Below are positions 1-8,868 of a DNA stretch of 33,052 nt, one piece after another. Source of the DNA: Caldora sp. (GTDB lineage: Bacteria; Cyanobacteriota; Cyanobacteriia; Cyanobacteriales; Coleofasciculaceae). Below the pieces are notes generated by a model. It was not told where the DNA came from, ran no database searches, and worked only from the letters and a program-made list of their open reading frames with translations. The DNA lies in the NCBI GenBank assembly GCA_965222765.1, contig CBDCVG010000043.1:1-33052 (forward strand), read 5' to 3'. The position numbers and the translations under genes are program-made. How positions within the stretch are numbered: position 1 is the first letter of the stretch; each line of letters opens with the position of its first letter.

Positions 1-1
1 C

Positions 2-1612
2 TATGGCTATCAATCCCCAGAAGAATTAATCGCCAATCTCAAAGATGTCACCCATCAACTTTACCTTAATCCTCAAGACCGTGTTGAGTTAACGGAGCTA
101 GTTGCTCAACAAGAAGTAGTCTCAGCCTTTGAATCCCAGAAGCTTCGTCAAGATGGCACAGTGATCTGGACTGCGGAAAACCTGCGGCTTGTCCGTAATC
201 AGTATGGCACACCTCTCTACTATGAAGGCACAGTGACAGATATCACTCTTGCCAAACAAGCGCAGGAGAAACTGTGTGAAAATGAAGAGCGCTTCCGCAT
301 TATGGTGGAAGAACGGACAGCTGTTCTCAAAGCATCAAATAAGCAACTGCTACAGGAAGTAGTTGAGCACAAGCGGATTGAGAATGCTCTGCGGGAGAGT
401 GAGCGCAGGTTTCGTGCTATTTTTGATGGAACATTCCACGGCATTGGCATACTCTCTCCAGAAGGTATCGTACTCGAAGTTAACCAAACAGTCTTGGACT
501 TTGGCAGCATTGAAGCTTCCGAAGTCATAGGACATCCGTTTTGGGAGGCTCAGGCTTGGGGAACTTCCCCGGAAATTAAGCAACGGCTGAAGCAGGCAGT
601 TGCGGCTGCAGCCGGGGGTGAGTTGGTTCTGTTTGAGGTAGATATTCCTAGTGCTGGTGATACTATCAGTACTATCGATTTCTCCCTGAAGCCAGTTCTC
701 GATGAGCAGGGTCAAATAGTACTACTGATATGCGAAAGTCGCGATATTACTGAGCGCAAGCAAGCTGAAGAGAAACTAAAAACTTCCCAGCAACGGCTTT
801 CCTTACTAGTACAACAAACACCCCTAGCTGTGATTGAATGGAATACTAAAGGGGAAATTGTTGATTGGAATCTTGCTGCAGAATCAATTTTTGGCTACAG
901 CAAAACTGAAGCTTTGGGTCATACAGCCAAATTGATTGTACCTGAGGAAACTATAGATGAAACTCCACTTCTCGATAAGTGTTGGTTTAACCAGGGAGTA
1001 ACTCGCGCCACTAACGAGAATCAGACCAAAAACGGTAGAGTTATTATTTGTGAGTGGTACAATTCACCCCTCATTGATGCTCAGGGAAACTTACTCGGAG
1101 CTGCTTCTATGATTCTAGACGTAACTGAACGGGCTCTGACTCAAGAGGCATTGCGGGAGAGCGAGGAGCGATTTGCTTTGGCTATTCAAGCTAATAATAG
1201 CGGACTGTTTGATCTCAACTTGAAGAGTGAAAACTACTATTACTCGCCGCAATTTCTTAGCCAAATTGACTATAGTTTAAATGAGCCAAGACCAACTTTT
1301 CAAGAATTACTTTCCCTCGTCCATCCTCATGATGTAGATTCTGTTCAAGCCACTCTAGACGAGATTTTTGCTCAACCAATCTTTCCCACCTGGAATTTAG
1401 AATTTCGCTTTTTGCTAAAAGATGGTTCTACCCGTTGGATTCTCTCACGAGGTTTGGTTCTCAGAGATGCTCAAGGCAAAGTGAGTCGCCTGATTGGAAC
1501 TCACACTGATATTACCGATGCCTATCAACAAGCAACTCAACGTAAGCAAGCAGAAGCAGCACTGCGGGAACGGGAGGAACAGTTCCTACAGCTAGCAGGA
1601 AACAATCCGTGA
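2..1612 (+). CDS. 5'-partial N-terminal portion of a multi-PAS sensor histidine kinase (at least three PAS/PAC modules). It is the same gene as 1623..3971, interrupted by a 1-nt frameshift near 1596-1606.
   Basis: Reading frame is open from the window start to TGA at 1610-1612 (ORF track lists 161..1612). Repeated PAS linker motifs are present (RKQAEEKLKTSQQRL, LRESEERFALAIQ, LREREEQFLQLAG), as are PAC-like blocks (GTVTDITL, SRDITERK, THTDITDAY). Confidence 0.8.
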   Translation, partial: YGYQSPEELIANLKDVTHQLYLNPQDRVELTELVAQQEVVSAFESQKLRQDGTVIWTAENLRLVRNQYGTPLYYEGTVTDITLAKQAQEKLCENEERFRIMVEERTAVLKASNKQLLQEVVEHKRIENALRESERRFRAIFDGTFHGIGILSPEGIVLEVNQTVLDFGSIEASEVIGHPFWEAQAWGTSPEIKQRLKQAVAAAAGGELVLFEVDIPSAGDTISTIDFSLKPVLDEQGQIVLLICESRDITERKQAEEKLKTSQQRLSLLVQQTPLAVIEWNTKGEIVDWNLAAESIFGYSKTEALGHTAKLIVPEETIDETPLLDKCWFNQGVTRATNENQTKNGRVIICEWYNSPLIDAQGNLLGAASMILDVTERALTQEALRESEERFALAIQANNSGLFDLNLKSENYYYSPQFLSQIDYSLNEPRPTFQELLSLVHPHDVDSVQATLDEIFAQPIFPTWNLEFRFLLKDGSTRWILSRGLVLRDAQGKVSRLIGTHTDITDAYQQATQRKQAEAALREREEQFLQLAGNNP

Positions 1613-1622
1613 AGTTTTCTTT

Positions 1623-3971
1623 TTGACCACTCCTGATGCTCGTCAGATGCTTTACATTAGTCCTGCTTATGAGGAAATTTGGGGTCGTACTACCCAAAGT
1701 TTGTACGAACGACCTGAATCTTGGCTAGAAGCTATTCATCCAGAAGACCGCGATCGCATCATAGCAGTCTATGCTACTAGTCTCCGAGAAAAGCGAGATT
1801 TAGACGAAGAGTATCGGATTATTCAACCGGATGGTTCAGAGCGCTGGGTAGGGGTGCGCAGTTCCTTTGTTTTCGATGAGGCAGGTGAACCGACAAGTAT
1901 TGCTGGCATTGCTGAGGATATCACTGAGCGGAAAATTTCGGAAGCTGAATTGCATCGCCAAGCACGACGTAGGCAATTGTTTGCGGAAATTACCCTTAAG
2001 ATCCGTAGGTCTTTAAGATTAGAGAAAATTCTCCAAACTACTGTCACAGAGGTGCGACGTATTCTTGATGTTGACAGGGTAGTAATCTACCAGCTATATG
2101 TTGATGGCTCAGGAACCGTGGTCAATGAGGCTGTACTTTCCAACTGGCCTGCTATCCAAGGAGAGCAGATCAACGATCCTTGTTTTGTTAAATCTTACCT
2201 GCAAATGTACCGTCAAGGAAGGATTCATGCGGTAGCTGATTTACAAAACTCTGAAGTCAAAACCTGCTATAGAGAAATGCTAGGTCAATTTGGTGTCAGA
2301 GCTAACTTAGTAGTACCCATTCTCCGCCGGGAAGAACTTTGGGGTTTACTAATTGCTCATCAGTGTAGTGGAGCAAGACAGTGGCAAGACTTTGAAGCTG
2401 AATTGTTAGATCAATTAGCGGATCAAGTGGGGATTGCTATTGCTCAGAGCCAGCTTCTGGAGAAGGAAACTAAGACAACTCAACAACTGACAGAACAGAA
2501 CCTCCACTTAGAAGAAGCCAGAAGGGAAGCTGAAGCTGCTAATCGGGCTAAGAGTGAATTTTTAGCGAACATGAGCCATGAACTCCGCACTCCCTTGAAT
2601 GGTATTTTGGGATACGCTCAAATCCTTAAACTCCAGTCTAGTTTAACTTCCAAACAACTGGAGCAAGTGAATATCATTCAACAAAGTGGCGAACACCTGT
2701 TAACCTTGCTCAATGATATCCTAGACCTCTCTAAAATTGAGGCGGGGAAAATGGAGCTCTACCTCAGCAATTTTCACTTGCCTCATTTCCTTGAAGGTAT
2801 TGCTGAAATTATTCGCCTTAGTGCTGAACAAAAAAATATTGCCTTTAATTATGAATTAGTCTCAGAGTTACCCCTTCATGTTAGAGGGGATGAAAAGCGA
2901 TTGCGACAAGTTCTGATTAATCTTTTGGGCAATGCAGTTAAATTTACTGACACCGGCGGGGTAACTTTCAAAGTTGGTTATTTAGAAAACTCTAAAATCC
3001 GCTTTCAGGTGGAAGATACTGGCATTGGCATAGCGCCAGAAAAATTAGCAGCGATCTTTTTACCTTTTCATCAAATCGGTGATTCTAAGCATCGCTTTGA
3101 AGGCACGGGACTAGGATTAGCCATCAGCCAAAAGTTAGTGAAGTTGATGGAAAGCGAATTGCAAGTAAAAAGTATCTTTGGTCAAGGGAGCATTTTTTGG
3201 ATAGATTTAGATTTACCAGAAGTTTCTGAAGGACAGGAGATGTCACCAGTTCCCAGAAAAACCATTGTCGGTTTTCGGGGTTCCAAGCGTAAACTACTCA
3301 TCGCCGACGATAAATGGGAAAATCGTTCGGTTTTAGTTAATCTGCTCCTGCCTTTGGGATTTGAAATCGCAGAAGTAAAAGACGGTAGAGATTGCCTTAA
3401 TCAGGCTATCGAATTAAAACCTGATTTAATTTTGCTGGATATGATTATGCCGGTAATTGATGGTTTAGAAACCACTCGGCAGTTGCGGCAGCTCAGAACT
3501 CTCAAAGATGTGGTAATCATTGCTACCTCAGCTAGTGTTTTTGATTACAATCAGCAGGAATATTTAGCAGCTGGTTGTGATGGCTTTATTCCTAAACCAG
3601 TACAAGCAGAAAATCTTTTTGAACTACTACAGGAGCATCTAGATCTAGAATGGATTTACGAAAATAGTAGGACACCAAGTAACCAAGAGCTAATAGAAGA
3701 AAGTACCATCTCTGGAGAAAGTTTCCAAGGAGAAATTGCTCAAACTATACAACCCAATAAAAGCACGTTGATAGTTCCACCACCTACACAAATAGCTGTT
3801 TTTTATGAACTAGCAATGATGGGAGATATTGGAGGTATCATTGAGCAAGCAAAAAAACTTCAACAACTAGATGAGCAATTTGTTCCTTTTGCTAATAAAC
3901 TGCTGCAATTAGCAAAAGGTTTTCAGGAAAAACAGATTCTGGAGTTTGTTAAACAATACACAGAGAATTAA
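1623..3971 (+). CDS. Hybrid sensor histidine kinase with PAS, GAF, HisKA, HATPase_c and REC domains plus a C-terminal tail (continuation of 2..1612)
   Basis: Starts at TTG 1623. Contains the PAS motif [22 protein letters not shown] and a GAF region ([19 protein letters not shown]...[12 protein letters not shown]). The H-box is [21 protein letters not shown]. The N, G1 and G2 boxes are [20 protein letters not shown] and [13 protein letters not shown]. The receiver domain is [13 protein letters not shown]...[13 protein letters not shown]...IPKP. Confidence 0.9.
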   Translation: MTTPDARQMLYISPAYEEIWGRTTQSLYERPESWLEAIHPEDRDRIIAVYATSLREKRDLDEEYRIIQPDGSERWVGVRSSFVFDEAGEPTSIAGIAEDITERKISEAELHRQARRRQLFAEITLKIRRSLRLEKILQTTVTEVRRILDVDRVVIYQLYVDGSGTVVNEAVLSNWPAIQGEQINDPCFVKSYLQMYRQGRIHAVADLQNSEVKTCYREMLGQFGVRANLVVPILRREELWGLLIAHQCSGARQWQDFEAELLDQLADQVGIAIAQSQLLEKETKTTQQLTEQNLHLEEARREAEAANRAKSEFLANMSHELRTPLNGILGYAQILKLQSSLTSKQLEQVNIIQQSGEHLLTLLNDILDLSKIEAGKMELYLSNFHLPHFLEGIAEIIRLSAEQKNIAFNYELVSELPLHVRGDEKRLRQVLINLLGNAVKFTDTGGVTFKVGYLENSKIRFQVEDTGIGIAPEKLAAIFLPFHQIGDSKHRFEGTGLGLAISQKLVKLMESELQVKSIFGQGSIFWIDLDLPEVSEGQEMSPVPRKTIVGFRGSKRKLLIADDKWENRSVLVNLLLPLGFEIAEVKDGRDCLNQAIELKPDLILLDMIMPVIDGLETTRQLRQLRTLKDVVIIATSASVFDYNQQEYLAAGCDGFIPKPVQAENLFELLQEHLDLEWIYENSRTPSNQELIEESTISGESFQGEIAQTIQPNKSTLIVPPPTQIAVFYELAMMGDIGGIIEQAKKLQQLDEQFVPFANKLLQLAKGFQEKQILEFVKQYTEN

Positions 3972-4030
3972 GAATTAAGAATTAAGAATTAAGAATGGGA
4001 AATGGGGAATTGGGAATTGGGAATTGGCAA
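3965..4030. repeat. STRR-type tandem heptanucleotide arrays (GAATTAA x4, then GGGAATT x3-4). The first unit supplies the kinase stop codon.
   Basis: Direct reading: gaattaagaattaagaattaagaattaagaatgggaaatggggaattgggaattgggaattgg. TAA at 3969-3971 lies inside the first unit. Confidence 0.85.
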
Positions 4031-4091
4031 GAAGAATTTTCCTCCTGCTTAAGGAAAAACAAGAAAGAGAGTAAATCTAAAATTCATCACA

Positions 4092-4571
4092 ATGCGTTTC
4101 CCCAAAGTTAGTATCATTGCCTTCATCACTTTCTTAAGTATCATTCTTAATGCTCATTGGGGATTGACCATCAGTTCCTCTAATTTACCCTGGAAAACCT
4201 CTGAGGTACAATTAGAACCCAACTACCAGATATTGAACCAAAACCTAGATGATACTCAACCAGAGAGAATAGCTCAGGAGAGTTTGCCACCAACTTTCTC
4301 TTCTATGATGAACCAGGGGCGTACCTACCGTGCCCAGAACAATTATGCTAAGGCAGTAGAGCACTTTGAGGAAGCTTTAACTTTTGCTCAAGAAAGTAAT
4401 AACTTAGAGCAGGAAGGTCGTGCTTTGAGTGAGTTGGGTAGTGCCTACCTCAGTTTGGGTAACTATGCCCAAGCACTAGCATACAATCAGGAGTGTTTAG
4501 TAGTTGCTCGGAAACTGGGTAATCGGCAGCGGGAATACTTGGCATTGAGTACTCTAGGAAGTAATTACAGT
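4092..4571 (+). pseudogene. N-terminal fragment (signal peptide + TPR repeats) of a TPR–CHAT protein gene, disrupted by IS insertion. The last 8 codons of the ORF (to 4595) are IS-derived.
   Basis: Hydrophobic N-terminus MRFPKVSIIAFITFLSIIL. TPR units match AYLSLGNYAQALAYNQECL. The repeat periodicity breaks after ...LGSNYS at 4571 and resumes at 6067 (KLGDNAKAIEFYQQAL). Confidence 0.7.
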
Positions 4572-4588
4572 ATTGTGACGTTCTCCCA

Positions 4589-4613
4589 CCGTTAACCCTT
4601 GCGGGTATAACGG
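4589..4613. repeat. Subterminal imperfect palindrome (hairpin) at the tnpB-3'-proximal end (RE side) of the IS
   Basis: ccgttaacccttgcgggtataacgg. Arms CCGTTA/TAACGG pair, and inner ACCC/GGGT pair. The same architecture is seen at the other end. Confidence 0.6.
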
Positions 4614-4619
4614 AGGCTT

Positions 4620-5879
4620 CTAAAATAGAGACAGTTGAACCCACTCTCTACTTGTAGCTTCGCGCTTCCCAGGTTGTCTATCGACTAAGCCTCCACGCGC
4701 AGGCAAGATGAGTCCCACCTCGCTTAATGCTCGGTCTAAAATATTCCGAGCTGCGTTTTCATCTCTGTCCAGGGTGATGCCACATTTGTGACATTCATGC
4801 AACCGAACAGACAAAGTTTTCGGTACTTTCACTCCACAGTTTGAGCAATTTTGTGATGTACTGTGAGGATTCACTGCAACAACTCGGACGCCGCGTTTGA
4901 CCGCCACTGCCTCCAAGATGGTGATGAATTTACCCCAAGCTGCATCCAAAATTGACTTGCTCAATCTTGTACGAGCTAGTCCTTTAATGTTCAAATCTTC
5001 CACCGCAATCAAGTCATATTGTTTAACCAGTTTGTGAGCTGTGTTGTAATGGAAGTTTTCCCTGATTCTGCCAATACGCTGATGAATTCTAGCGATGAAG
5101 TTCTTCTGTTTTTCAGCTCGTTTTGAACCAGCTTTTTTACGTGCTAATTTGCGCTGTTGACGAGCTAGATGAGACTGAGTTTTGCGATAGGTTTGCTGAA
5201 TCGGAACTGTTTCGCCATCCGAGGTTGTCAGAAATTCTTTTAGTCCGACATCAACACCAACAGCAGTCTGAACTTCATCTAATGGCATAGGTTCGGTAAC
5301 TGTTTCATCCTGCATAGAAATGCAACAGTACCAGCCATCAGCTTTGTGGACTATGGTGCAAGTCTTGAGAGTAAAACCATCCGGAATAGGACGATGCATG
5401 ATTACAGGCATCTGTCCTATCTTTGATAGTTTCAGTATCCCATTATTGATGTGCGCACCAGCTCGTTTACAGTTAACTCTAGGGTAAACAAATGAGCGAA
5501 GTGTACCTGCTTTTTTGAACCGTGGGCGTCCACCGCGTTTGCCAGACTTATCCGGAATTAGCCAGTGCCCCCAAGCTTTGTTTAATCGTTGTAGATTAAC
5601 TTGTTGAGATTCTGACCAGATGTTTTTGTAGTCTGGAAAAAGTTTCTTTGTTTGTTTAAGAGCCGACTGTTGAGTGTAGTAGTTAACTTTTTCTGATATT
5701 TCCCCAATCGGTTCAGAAATCAGACTACAACGGTCAATCCGACAACGAGTTCTTCTTAGCCAATCTAACCTCTGACCGAGTGCGTAATTCCAATGCCTCC
5801 GAAGTAGCTCTAAGGTGTAGAGCATGATTGCTTCTTGTTCGGCGCTGGGTTTAATTCGGTAGCAGTAGGTTAAAATCAT
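4620..5879 (-). CDS. tnpB: TnpB (OrfB_IS605; RuvC-like RNA-guided endonuclease of the OMEGA type)
   Basis: Translation from ATG 5879 begins MILTYCYRIKPSAEQEAIMLYTLELLRRHW. RuvC-I is VGVDVGLKEF. RuvC-II is [27 protein letters not shown]. The zinc ribbon is CSNCG...CHKCG, followed by RuvC-III DRDENAARNI. The ORF track extends 39 codons further upstream (to 5996) without similarity. Confidence 0.85.
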   Translation of the reverse strand: MILTYCYRIKPSAEQEAIMLYTLELLRRHWNYALGQRLDWLRRTRCRIDRCSLISEPIGEISEKVNYYTQQSALKQTKKLFPDYKNIWSESQQVNLQRLNKAWGHWLIPDKSGKRGGRPRFKKAGTLRSFVYPRVNCKRAGAHINNGILKLSKIGQMPVIMHRPIPDGFTLKTCTIVHKADGWYCCISMQDETVTEPMPLDEVQTAVGVDVGLKEFLTTSDGETVPIQQTYRKTQSHLARQQRKLARKKAGSKRAEKQKNFIARIHQRIGRIRENFHYNTAHKLVKQYDLIAVEDLNIKGLARTRLSKSILDAAWGKFITILEAVAVKRGVRVVAVNPHSTSQNCSNCGVKVPKTLSVRLHECHKCGITLDRDENAARNILDRALSEVGLILPARGGLVDRQPGKREATSREWVQLSLF

Positions 5880-6021
5880 AGTTATAATTTTACAACTTAC
5901 CGCCTTTGTTGCTAGTTGTGGGGGCGTAACAGTCGAGCAGCTTAAAAAGTATGTCGAGCAACAAGCAACTCCGAAATGATGATTCGCTCCGCTCAATTTC
6001 TTTGTCTGTCAGCATTCCCCG

Positions 6022-6049
6022 CCCGTTAAGCCTATGCGGCTATAACGGG
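6022..6049. repeat. Subterminal imperfect palindrome (hairpin) at the tnpB-5'-proximal end (LE side) of the IS
   Basis: cccgttaagcctatgcggctataacggg. Arms CCCGTTA/TAACGGG pair, and inner AGCC/GGCT pair. It is homologous to the hairpin at 4589-4613. Confidence 0.6.
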
Positions 6050-6066
6050 TGACCCCTGTCGAAATT

Positions 6067-7146
6067 AAGTTGGGGGATAATGCCAAAGCGATTGAGTTCT
6101 ATCAACAGGCTTTAACCCTAGCGCAGGCAATGGGTAACCCTGAGCAAGAAGTTTCCGCTCTGAATACTCTGGGAAGTATGTACTTCTCTATCTCTGCTCA
6201 AGAGTATCAGGCTCAAGTGATTGATTACCACCAGCAAGCTTTAACCATTGCCAGAGAAATTGGAAATTTGTGGGAAGAATATAGCTCTTTGAGTAGCTTA
6301 AGTGGAATTTACTCCTTCTTGGGGAACTATGCCACAGCCATTGAATATTCTCAACAAGCTTTAGCTATTGCTCCCCAACAAGGCTATCTGTTTCTGGTTC
6401 CCTTCCCAGCACTGCAAGATAAGTTAGGTAAGCACTTAATAGAAAAACATACCATCTTGACTGCACCTACAATTCAAATACTCGATTTAACCCGCCAGCA
6501 AAGGGACAAAATTGGGGATAGACGACTCGGTTCCCAGTCCTTAGTAGTAGGAAATCCTACCATGCCTAGTGTGCTCTTATCTCCAGGGGAAAAACCGCAA
6601 CAGTTATCTTCCCTCCCTAGTGCAGAACGGGAAGCAAATGCGATCGCACCTCTATTAAATACCCTACCCTTAATCGGTAATCAAGCTACTGAAACTACTA
6701 TTAAGCAGCAGTTAGGTAAAGCTAGAATAATTCACTTAGCAACCCACGGGTTATTAGATGAGGAACAGGGATTAGGAAGTGCCATTGCTTTTACCCCATC
6801 TACTCAGGATGACGGTTTACTTACTGCCGCAGAAATCTTGGATTTGCAATTAAATGCTGAATTAGTAGTCTTGAGTGCCTGTGATACTGGCAGAGGTAGA
6901 ATTACTGGAGATGGGGTAGTCGGATTATCTCGCTCTTTCATTAGCGCTGGAGTCCCCAGCATCATAGTCTCCTTGTGGCAAGTACCAGATGCTCCTACTG
7001 CTTCCTTAATGACTCAGTTTTATCAAAACTTCTCGTCCAACCCAGATAAAGCGCAAGCTCTACGCAGTGCTATGCTAGTGACGATGAAGCAACATCCTAA
7101 CCCTAAAAACTGGGCAGCTTTTACGTTAATTGGGGAAGCAAATTGA
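6067..7146 (+). pseudogene. C-terminal fragment of the TPR–CHAT protein (remaining TPR repeats + CHAT caspase-like domain), separated from its 5' half by the IS. The ORF track calls it from GTG 6049, which lies inside the IS end.
   Basis: TPR repeats match LGDNAKAIEFYQQALTLAQAMGNPEQE and LGNYATAIEYSQQALAIA. The CHAT motifs are IIHLATHGLLDE (catalytic His) and VVLSACDTGRG (catalytic Cys). Confidence 0.7.
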
Positions 7147-7190
7147 GACTAATAAGTATCTGACTATGTAGGGAACGCTGAGAACATTCC

Positions 7191-7232
7191 CCATTAACCA
7201 TTAACCATTAACCATTAACCATTAACCATTAA
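7191..7232. repeat. STRR heptamer array (CCATTAA x6). It overlaps the stop codon of the minus-strand MIF-like gene.
   Basis: Direct reading: six perfect tandem copies of ccattaa at 7191-7232, then the degenerate copy cctaacc. Confidence 0.9.
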
Positions 7233-7233
7233 C

Positions 7234-7588
7234 CTAACCAAATGTTCTGCCATCCCAACCCCAAAGATATCCTTGTGCATCAGCAAACTCAATGTAAATG
7301 CGGTTAGTCGGAACATCAATTGCCTGATTAATCTGCTCACAGAAGTCCTGACTCATCGCTTTGGTTTGCTGGGGGACGCATACTACCAACACTCTTGATT
7401 TCCACATAACAAACAGGATCACTGGTTCCGGCAAAAGTCATCGGAACATTAGATTCCAAAGCAGTCATTACATAAGATTCCGGCTTGCCTAGATGCTTGG
7501 CAAGGCTGGCAGAGAGTTGTTTGAGCAATGCTTCAGATTTATTTGTGTCCGGTGCAGTAACAGAAGTTTGAACTTTGATCAGCGGCAT
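7234..7588 (-). CDS. MIF-like tautomerase superfamily protein (macrophage migration inhibitory factor homolog). It is interrupted by a 1-nt frameshift in a G5/C5 run at 7370-7374.
   Basis: N-terminus MPLIKVQTSV (Pro-1 tautomerase start after Met). Also contains ...LGKPESYVMTALESNVPMTFAGTSDPVCYVEIKSVG. The C-terminal half is in the other frame (...RIYIEFADAQGYLWGWDGRTFG) and matches MIF family ends. ORF track pieces are 7337..7642 and 7234..7434. Confidence 0.6.
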
Positions 7589-7675
7589 ATGTTTAACCCT
7601 TGCTTCAATCCCAAACCTTAGCCTAGCGGATTCTTGAGTCAATTGCGTTAGTAAATGGGTTGCCCGAAGAAGTTG

Positions 7676-7789
7676 TAGGACTTACGCACTGTAAGGAAAT
7701 TCTGTCATCCTGAGCGGTAGCAAAGGATCTCCAAACGGCTGAGATGCTTCACTATCACCTCAGCATGACACTTGAGTGCGTAAGTCCTA
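7676..7789. repeat. MITE-like element of about 114 bp with 14-15 bp perfect terminal inverted repeats and a nested internal inverted repeat. Flanked by GTTG on both sides.
   Basis: Left TIR is aggacttacgcact (7677-7690) and right TIR is agtgcgtaagtcct (7775-7788). The internal repeat is gtcatcctgag...ctcagcatgac. A partial second copy lies at 24606-24690. Confidence 0.6.
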
Positions 7790-7796
7790 GTTGTAC

Positions 7797-7841
7797 GGGA
7801 AGCGATCGCGTTTTTGCGTTCTTTACTAGAAAAAAGACAGA
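7797..7841. repeat. 45-bp dispersed repeat containing HIP1 (copy 1). Copy 2 is at 8714-8757. The two copies flank the PEP-CTERM gene as direct repeats.
   Basis: gggaagcgatcgcgtttttgcgttctttactagaaaaaagaca compared with gggagcgatcgcatttttgcgttctctagtagaaaaaggaca (about 90% identity). Confidence 0.55.
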
Positions 7842-7947
7842 AGAGGGATAGGAAGGAAAGCCAATTGTTTATCACTCGAACAAATCCAACAACTTCAACA
7901 AAGATCGGATCACTAGGATCACCTCTAAATTAGATGCGTTTACCCTG

Positions 7948-8625
7948 CTAAATTTTATTGGATGTTAGCTTTTTGTTCAACAAAAAACCTAGTCCTAGCA
8001 TACTAAGACCTAATACAGCAGTAGGTTCAGGAACCGAGCTTGCGTCGGCAATGTTATAGGTCAAGTTATCGAAGATTTCGGGACCACCTCGAACGGTATC
8101 TAAGACAACTCGATCAAAAAGTTGTGGACCCCCTAGATTTCCCAATTCTAATTGATAGACTTGAATGTCTGAACCACCAGGGAAAGAAATAGATTGAGCT
8201 AATGCACCGTTCAAATAACCAAGAGCTGATATTGGTTCATCAGAATCTAATGACAATATAGAGAAATAGTCGATTGGCTGAGAAAAAGAAAGCTCAATAT
8301 CAAAAAAAACATCAGTTGAAGCATTACAACAGCTCTCCCCTGCATAAATGGCAATTCCTGAAGCTGGAGGAAATACATCTGCAAATAGAGTGTTAGCAAG
8401 AGGACCAGCTATTGGAGATATCCCAAGAGTGGTATCTTCAAGTAGGGAAAATTTTACTCCTTGAGACGCAAACTGATCAGTGACAATAGTTCCTGGAGCA
8501 AGGTCATTAAAATCAATTTCAACAAGAGTTGCAGCTATAGCTACCGTAGGGTTGATTTCCATTGCTAGTATCCCTAGAACACTACAAACAGTAGCTATAG
8601 CAAATTTTGGGTAGATCTTAGTCAT
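7948..8625 (-). CDS. PEP-CTERM sorting-domain secreted protein (exosortase substrate)
   Basis: N-terminal signal peptide MTKIYPKFAIATVCSVLGILA. C-terminal motif is VPEPTAVLGLSMLGLGFLLNKKL (PEP motif, then a TM helix, then a basic tail). An alternative start lies at 8643. Confidence 0.65.
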   Translation of the reverse strand: MTKIYPKFAIATVCSVLGILAMEINPTVAIAATLVEIDFNDLAPGTIVTDQFASQGVKFSLLEDTTLGISPIAGPLANTLFADVFPPASGIAIYAGESCCNASTDVFFDIELSFSQPIDYFSILSLDSDEPISALGYLNGALAQSISFPGGSDIQVYQLELGNLGGPQLFDRVVLDTVRGGPEIFDNLTYNIADASSVPEPTAVLGLSMLGLGFLLNKKLTSNKI

Positions 8626-8713
8626 ATCAAAACCCTGTGTCAATTTATGCTCACAAGTTTAGTCTCAATCTCAATCGCTATATTTAAAATTTTGTGAACT
8701 AAGAAGTTTTACC

Positions 8714-8757
8714 GGGAGCGATCGCATTTTTGCGTTCTCTAGTAGAAAAAGGACAAA
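8714..8757. repeat. 45-bp dispersed repeat containing HIP1 (copy 2)
   Basis: See copy 1 at 7797-7841. Confidence 0.55.
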
Positions 8758-8868
8758 AAAATTAGATGGTCTAACTGACTGAGAATTGGGAATTGGGAAC
8801 AAGAGATATGCTTGGGAAGTTCAAGCGATCGCCTAAAATGAGCCTCAGTTTGTCCAAGTCTATTTTGC

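Larger units (their letters stand above)
4572..6066 (-). mobile_element. IS200/IS605-family insertion sequence of the IS1341-like (tnpB-only, no tnpA) type, about 1.5 kb. Boundaries are approximate (+/- a few bp).
   Basis: Single tnpB ORF. Similar imperfect palindromic subterminal hairpins sit at both ends (4589-4613 and 6022-6049). The element sits exactly between two halves of one TPR–CHAT reading frame with no obvious target duplication. Insert length is congruent with the frame change (frame 0 to frame 1; 1495 nt = 1 mod 3). Confidence 0.7.

Noticed and set aside
220-715. Minus-strand ORFs 220..528 and 350..715 inside the PAS kinase gene
   Set aside because: They lie entirely antisense to a well-supported CDS and have low-complexity S/C-rich translations with no family similarity. 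They are shadow ORFs.
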